A stretch of 64,000 nucleotides of DNA from Ignavibacteriota bacterium (GTDB lineage: Bacteria; Bacteroidota; Ignavibacteria; UBA10030): assembly GCA_963727825.1 (NCBI GenBank), contig CAVSHO010000008.1, positions 96,001 through 160,000 on the forward strand, written 5' to 3'. Positions 59,061 through 64,000 of this stretch are shown here, piece by piece. Each line of letters opens with the position of its first letter. Positions within the stretch are counted from its first letter, which is position 1. The notes beneath the pieces are model-generated. The model was not told where the DNA came from, searched no databases, and saw only the letters and a program-made list of their open reading frames with translations. The position numbers were made by a program, and so were the translations under genes.

Positions 59061-61412
59061 TTACTCTTCATCTGACAGCCAGATATTATATTCCTCAATT
59101 TCAGATTTGGTTTCTGCTGCTTCCGGTGCAATTTTTCGAGTTAGAATATGGATGCCTTCGTCAGAAAAACCAAACATTTCATCTAAAGTGAAAATTCGTT
59201 CAAATGCCGCCGATTCAAAAAACTCTCGGAATTTGCCAGCAGCTTCGTGCAAACGAGCTAAATAATAAGCTGTATTTTCGTCCGGCTGATTAGGATTCCA
59301 TTCATCAACTAAACGAGAGGAATGAGTGAGCGTGGCACCCGAATCGTTTCCGGTAACATAATAAGAGATTTTTGAATTTGCTTTGACGAAGAGACTTGAA
59401 CGCACTACAGCTTCCATTGCTGGCGACGTGGCGATTTGGCCGGAAAGCATTTCTTTCTGGTAAGTTTCCGTGTCTATGCGGACAATATCTGTGCGGCAGA
59501 AATCTATTGGTGTCCATTTATGCTGCGTCACTTGTGTATGTGCCGTAGCATATGCATGGTGCATCCGTTTTAAGTCGTTTGTCAGTAGACATTCAATCAT
59601 CCGCTGAATAAATACTCTCAGGAAACGCTCCATCCCGCGAGAAATAAGGTTATTTCCCTTGATAAAAACATTGTTGTTCTGATCCAGTAAGGCATAATTA
59701 TTTTTTCGATAGCTAAACATTTGTTTGTAGCAGTATGATAATACAAGCTTGGTTCTTTCCGGCAAAGTATTTGATAACCGTTCAATAAAGTTCTTCTGAT
59801 TTGATTCACCGACAATATTATTTGGCGGTAGAAAAAAAAGACCATTGCCGTCAGATTGGATTATTGTTGCGTTAAAAAGTTCAATTTGGTGTAGAATTTC
59901 TTCCATAATCTGACGACTTGAGGTCAGGGCAATTTCAGCTTGTTCAGGATCGTTGAACAAGCCGCGAGCAGAACCGATGTAGAGATAAAAAGAATCAATG
60001 AGACGTTTAACTGCTTTCAACTGAGATAGCGAATCTTTGGACTCCAGTGTCTCGCTTTTCATAAGACCGGTCTTGTCTTGCTGCAAAACTGAGAGACATG
60101 TAAGAAGGTGAAGAAAAACATTTAACTCATCTGTCTTTGGCTTGATATTCTGACGTAACAATATGGAAGAATGGATCCCAGCTAATTCAACATACATAAC
60201 ATCGGAGAAAACGCCTGTATGGAATATTTCCGAAGAGATTGTCATTGAGCGGGAATTATCGTTCGCTCTGGGGACTGAGTGTCGTTGACGAACGTATTCT
60301 CTTAACATCAGAGATTCAATTCGTGAGGCTGCGCTAAGTTGAGTTAACATTCGATAATTGAATGGACACATTTGTGCAAGATAGAACAGCGGCGGCGAGA
60401 GAGAGTCATAAAGATCGCGTGCAATGCGTACATTGCGTAGAGATTGATTTATAATATTCTCCGGCCGATGATTCCATTCCTCAAATATCCTCTGTGCAGG
60501 AATAGTTTTCTCTGTGCCGATTGTAATACCAAAATGTTTTGCCAATGAAGTGAGCGTAAACGACTGTTCAATTCTTTTAGCATCAATTTCCGATTCTGCC
60601 AATGTTAGAAGATCAACCAAATGCCTGCCGAAAACATCAAAAGAGAACCATTCACTTTCTCCTGCATTGGTGGCACTATATCCAGTCGGTGTTCGCATGT
60701 CACTGCCATCTCTACCTATCGCTAGCGGGATTTGTGAACGTTCGCAGGCGCGGTTGAGTGCTGGTAAAATTGTTCCAAACAAATCATATCCGTCTATGAC
60801 ATCGGGGTTAATCGTGTTGATGTGTTGTATACAACGTTCTAACACATTTCGTTCATCGTGCTTTTGAGTGCTGAATGTATATTCGCTTCCATCGCTTGCA
60901 GCGAGAGTGATAACAAGAATTTTTTCTCCAGAAATTTTCCTGTTCCGTTTTTTCCCGGCTGCGGTTGCGAATTGAATGTCCACATGAAGCCGCACGAGTT
61001 CTTCGAACTTCATTCCTTTGAATAATGTGATACCGGATTGCAGAAGGAACTGGCGCACTGCGTCTGCGCGAACAAGAATTTCTCTAAATTCCTGATAAGA
61101 TAAAATGCGCGGCGAATGGTCTTTGTTGTATTGACGCAGAATGAAATGTACCGCTTCCCACATCTCGCTCCAGCGCGTGAAAGCAGCTATATAACGATAG
61201 TAGTTCCTGCCGGCAAGCTTTTTCAACCAGAATTTTTTTGGGAAATCTTTGATAAGTGCTTCATCGGAAAGAAAAAAGAAAGGGAAGAATTCCACATCCT
61301 GATGCAGAACCTTCCCCTCAACTCGTTTGTATAGTCTGATTGTCTGATCGTTCAGCTGTTGGACAGCGACGATGCGCTCTTCGGTATTATATCCATAGAG
61401 CAGATTGTCCAT
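59061..61412 (-). CDS. Family B DNA polymerase homologue, predicted catalytically inactive
   Basis: PolB layout (Exo DIQ, INPDVIDGYD, GRHLVD; motif B KRLIDSFYLYIG; KNNYAL..IKG..RG) with motif A as ELAGIHSS and motif C as SDGNG. Confidence 0.8.
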   Translation of the reverse strand: MDNLLYGYNTEERIVAVQQLNDQTIRLYKRVEGKVLHQDVEFFPFFFLSDEALIKDFPKKFWLKKLAGRNYYRYIAAFTRWSEMWEAVHFILRQYNKDHSPRILSYQEFREILVRADAVRQFLLQSGITLFKGMKFEELVRLHVDIQFATAAGKKRNRKISGEKILVITLAASDGSEYTFSTQKHDERNVLERCIQHINTINPDVIDGYDLFGTILPALNRACERSQIPLAIGRDGSDMRTPTGYSATNAGESEWFSFDVFGRHLVDLLTLAESEIDAKRIEQSFTLTSLAKHFGITIGTEKTIPAQRIFEEWNHRPENIINQSLRNVRIARDLYDSLSPPLFYLAQMCPFNYRMLTQLSAASRIESLMLREYVRQRHSVPRANDNSRSMTISSEIFHTGVFSDVMYVELAGIHSSILLRQNIKPKTDELNVFLHLLTCLSVLQQDKTGLMKSETLESKDSLSQLKAVKRLIDSFYLYIGSARGLFNDPEQAEIALTSSRQIMEEILHQIELFNATIIQSDGNGLFFLPPNNIVGESNQKNFIERLSNTLPERTKLVLSYCYKQMFSYRKNNYALLDQNNNVFIKGNNLISRGMERFLRVFIQRMIECLLTNDLKRMHHAYATAHTQVTQHKWTPIDFCRTDIVRIDTETYQKEMLSGQIATSPAMEAVVRSSLFVKANSKISYYVTGNDSGATLTHSSRLVDEWNPNQPDENTAYYLARLHEAAGKFREFFESAAFERIFTLDEMFGFSDEGIHILTRKIAPEAAETKSEIEEYNIWLSDEE

Positions 61413-61415
61413 TCA

Positions 61416-62180
61416 TCATTTCTTGAGCTTATCTACGTTTAAAAACGGCGTCAATAAATCGATAGGCACGGGAAAGATTGTCGTGGAATTATTTTCTGTG
61501 GCGATCTCACGAAGCGTCTGCAGATAGCGTAATGTCAGTGCACTGGGTTGTTCGGCGAGCACTTTTGCTGCATCGGATAACCGCTGTGATGCCTGAAATT
61601 CTCCTTCTGCTGCGATAACTTTCGAGCGGCGTTCACGCTCTGCTTCCGCCTGTTTTGCCATTGCTCGCTGCATTTCTTGTGGTAAATCGATTTGTTTCAC
61701 TTCGACATTGGAAACCTTTACGCCCCAGGGTTCCGTATGACTGTCGATAATTTGCTGGAGTTTCTGATTAATTTTGTCACGCTGCGAAAGAAGATCGTCC
61801 AGTTCGGATTGTCCCAATACGCTTCGCAATGTGGTTTGCGAGAGCTGAGAAGTAGCAAACAAATAGTTTTCGACTGATACGATGGCCTTCTCTGGTTGCA
61901 TAACGCGGAAGTAGACGACAGCATTCACTTTTAGGGAAACGTTATCCTGTGTGATGATATCTTGCGGCGGTACATCCATCACTACAGTCCTCAGACTCAC
62001 TTTTACCATTCTTTCAATAAATGGCCACAACCAAATGAGACCAGGCCCGCGTACACCGACCATTCGTCCGAGCCGGAAAACAACACCACGCTCATACTCA
62101 CGAAGGATTTTAACCGAATTTGCAATAACAATTACTGCGAAAACAATGAGAACAAAGAATAAAACACCTGTCTGTTCCAT
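61416..62180 (-). CDS. Stomatin-like SPFH (slipin) protein
   Basis: [46 protein letters not shown]. Confidence 0.95.
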   Translation of the reverse strand: MEQTGVLFFVLIVFAVIVIANSVKILREYERGVVFRLGRMVGVRGPGLIWLWPFIERMVKVSLRTVVMDVPPQDIITQDNVSLKVNAVVYFRVMQPEKAIVSVENYLFATSQLSQTTLRSVLGQSELDDLLSQRDKINQKLQQIIDSHTEPWGVKVSNVEVKQIDLPQEMQRAMAKQAEAERERRSKVIAAEGEFQASQRLSDAAKVLAEQPSALTLRYLQTLREIATENNSTTIFPVPIDLLTPFLNVDKLKK

Positions 62181-62189
62181 AAGAACTCC

Positions 62190-63479
62190 TTATGTTGATG
62201 ACTTGACTTGTTCAACCCTGAGTTTCAGGTTTTGAATTTCTACGACACGAACACGCTCACCTTTAGCTATTTTACCGCTTGTAGATTCTGCATCCCAGAG
62301 TTCACCCTGCACGCGGATGGTGCCTTCCGGATTAAGCAAAGAAAGTGTTTCACCAATTTCACCAATTATTCCTTCTTTTCCGGTAGTTGGTTTATTCCGC
62401 TGCACTTTTAGGCCTAATCCCAGCAAGAAGACAAAAAAGAATGTCGTGATGGCCACGCTGGCTACAATAACGACCCATGAGATTTCAACAAATTCAAGAA
62501 CACTTGATGTACGAATGAGCATAATAGACCCCAAAAAAAGTGAAACAGCGCCGCCTATAGCGAGCATACCATGGCTTACGATTTTTATTTCGAGCAGAAA
62601 GAGGATGATACCAAAAATTATTAGTGCAAGTCCGGCGTAGTTAATTGGCAAAGTATGCATTGTATAGAATGCGAGCACCAAACTAATAACGCCAACAATG
62701 CCGGGGAAAATAGAACCCGGATTGTACAATTCGAACATCAATCCATAAACGCCGAGCATAAATAAAATATAGGCGATGTTTGGGTCACTGAGAATGTCGA
62801 GCATTTTTTCCGCCCATCCCATTTCCATGGGTTCAATCCGCGCACCTTTGGTATGTAATGTCACAATTCCACCTACTGTTTCGACTTTTTTACCGTCAAT
62901 CTGAAAGAGCAGATCATCGAGATTCTTCGCAATGAGATCGATAACATTTGTGTCAAGTGCTTCGGTTTCGGTAATAGCTTGACTTTTACGGACAGCATCT
63001 TCTGCCCATTTCAGGTTGCGGTTTCGTTTTTCGGCGATCGTGCGGATGAATGCAGCCGCATCATTTGTGACCTTTTCAGCCATTACCGAATCCATTTTAC
63101 CCTGCATATCTACCGGATGAGCAGCTCCGATATTTGTTCCTGGTGCCATCGCGGCAATGTGCGCTGCCATAGTGACAAACACTCCTGCAGAACCCGCATG
63201 TGCACCACTAGGAGCAACATAGACAACGATTGGAATTTTTGAATCTAGGATAGCGCTTACTATATTTCTGGTAGATTCAAGCAATCCGCCTGGTGTATTC
63301 ATTTCTATGATGAGACATTCAGCGTTTTTATCTGCGGCGCTTTCGATGCCGCGCTCGATAAATGCGGCCGACGCTGGATTGATTGCCCCATCGATTTTCA
63401 GCAAAATAACACTTTGCGAAAAAATGATAGTGGGGAGGATAATAATGAAAACTATAGGAATAAATAAACGGTGGAACAT
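62190..63479 (-). CDS. nfeD: NfeD long-form membrane serine protease (stomatin partner)
   Basis: NTPGG, AGSAG, PGTNIGAAHPV, TM region with ELYNPG, C-terminal OB fold GELW; ATG 63479 after GGAGG. Confidence 0.93.
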   Translation of the reverse strand: MFHRLFIPIVFIIILPTIIFSQSVILLKIDGAINPASAAFIERGIESAADKNAECLIIEMNTPGGLLESTRNIVSAILDSKIPIVVYVAPSGAHAGSAGVFVTMAAHIAAMAPGTNIGAAHPVDMQGKMDSVMAEKVTNDAAAFIRTIAEKRNRNLKWAEDAVRKSQAITETEALDTNVIDLIAKNLDDLLFQIDGKKVETVGGIVTLHTKGARIEPMEMGWAEKMLDILSDPNIAYILFMLGVYGLMFELYNPGSIFPGIVGVISLVLAFYTMHTLPINYAGLALIIFGIILFLLEIKIVSHGMLAIGGAVSLFLGSIMLIRTSSVLEFVEISWVVIVASVAITTFFFVFLLGLGLKVQRNKPTTGKEGIIGEIGETLSLLNPEGTIRVQGELWDAESTSGKIAKGERVRVVEIQNLKLRVEQVKSST

Positions 63480-63583
63480 TTTAATATTCCTCCATCCGGT
63501 GCAGGTGTTAGTTGGACTTGCTTTTTTCGATGAAAAAGAAATAATACCGCTGCCGGAATAAATTACTACAATAGCGACATCAG

Positions 63584-63655
63584 TGCGGAGAGAGTGGGAT
63601 TCTCCCAAAGGGATTCCTCAAGAAACTGAAAGTTTCTTGAGGAAGAACCCACGGT
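63584..63655 (-). repeat. Duplicate of the tRNA-Ser 3' end (30 nt) split by a 42-nt palindromic insert
   Basis: Plus-strand TGCGGAGAGAGTGGGATTC (63584-63602) and GAACCCACGGT (63645-63655) together match 63903-63932 exactly. Confidence 0.9.
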
Positions 63656-63900
63656 TATTGGATTATTCCTTCATTCCTTAACCATCGATAACCGGAAATT
63701 GACTTATAGAAATTCTCTCTCTGAATGGCTTCAGCCCTTGTTAAAAATTCTTCACTGTAATGCAAGTTGTATGGTCGATGGCCTTTTGTATATCGAACCT
63801 TACCATTATTGTGTTGATTTAAACGATGATTGATATTTTCAGCTGAGCCATAGTAATATGTTCCATCTTTCTGGCTTCGCAATATGTATGAATAATACAT
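63655..63900 (-). CDS. Small GIY-YIG nuclease family protein
   Basis: YSYILRS..YYGS..RLNQHN.G..YTK..RPY.L.YSE..A..RE..K pattern, 81 aa. Confidence 0.92.
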   Translation of the reverse strand: MYYSYILRSQKDGTYYYGSAENINHRLNQHNNGKVRYTKGHRPYNLHYSEEFLTRAEAIQRENFYKSISGYRWLRNEGIIQ

Positions 63901-63904
63901 TTTG

Positions 63905-63991
63905 CGGAGAGAGTGGGATTCGAACCCACGGTACCCTTACGGATACACTACCTTTCCAGGGTAGCCAATTCAACCACTCTTGCATCTCTCC
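63905..63991 (-). tRNA. tRNA-Ser(GGA)
   Basis: Acceptor GGAGAGA/TCTCTCC, anticodon arm CTACC-CTGGAAA-GGTAG, long variable arm, GTGGG-TTCGAAT-CCCAC; CCA not encoded. Confidence 0.96.
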
Positions 63992-64000
63992 AAGTGATCA

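Noticed and set aside
63480-63608. 43-aa N-terminal extension of NfeD in the ORF track
   Set aside because: It starts inside the tRNA-derived repeat; the GGAGG RBS and signal peptide support ATG 63479.

Overview
A mostly housekeeping, moderately AT-rich bacterial window. Gene content suggests an Ignavibacteria-like member of the Bacteroidota/FCB group; this is inferred from the T9SS-type C-terminal domain protein, PorV-like barrel, GWxTD protein and detached atpD-atpC, not from a database search. In order it holds: the end of the spc/alpha ribosomal operon (secY-map-infA-rpmJ-rpsM-rpsK-rpsD-rpoA-rplQ) and engB; a TonB-dependent receptor / large T9SS-CTD protein / PorV-like triad; an envelope cluster with ssb and ggt; a cobalamin riboswitch with btuB and a small membrane protein; gdhA with a receiver/ATP-grasp partner; an orphan PduS/PduT microcompartment pair, with an EutQ-N-like-tagged RpiB 10 kb away; tRNA-Thr, atpDC, alr, manC, purF, ftsY, mutL; and an nfeD-stomatin operon ending in a full-length family B DNA polymerase homologue with degenerate catalytic motifs. 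At the far end is a ~320 bp unit: a GIY-YIG nuclease ORF between tRNA-Ser(GGA) and a duplicate of its 3' end whose T-loop is split by palindromes. Several REP/MITE-like palindromes, two decayed genes and one single-base frameshift were also found. The best candidates for undescribed biology are the tRNA-linked GIY-YIG unit with T-loop palindrome insertions, the inactive PolB, the TBDR-CTD-PorV triad and the dispersed microcompartment.
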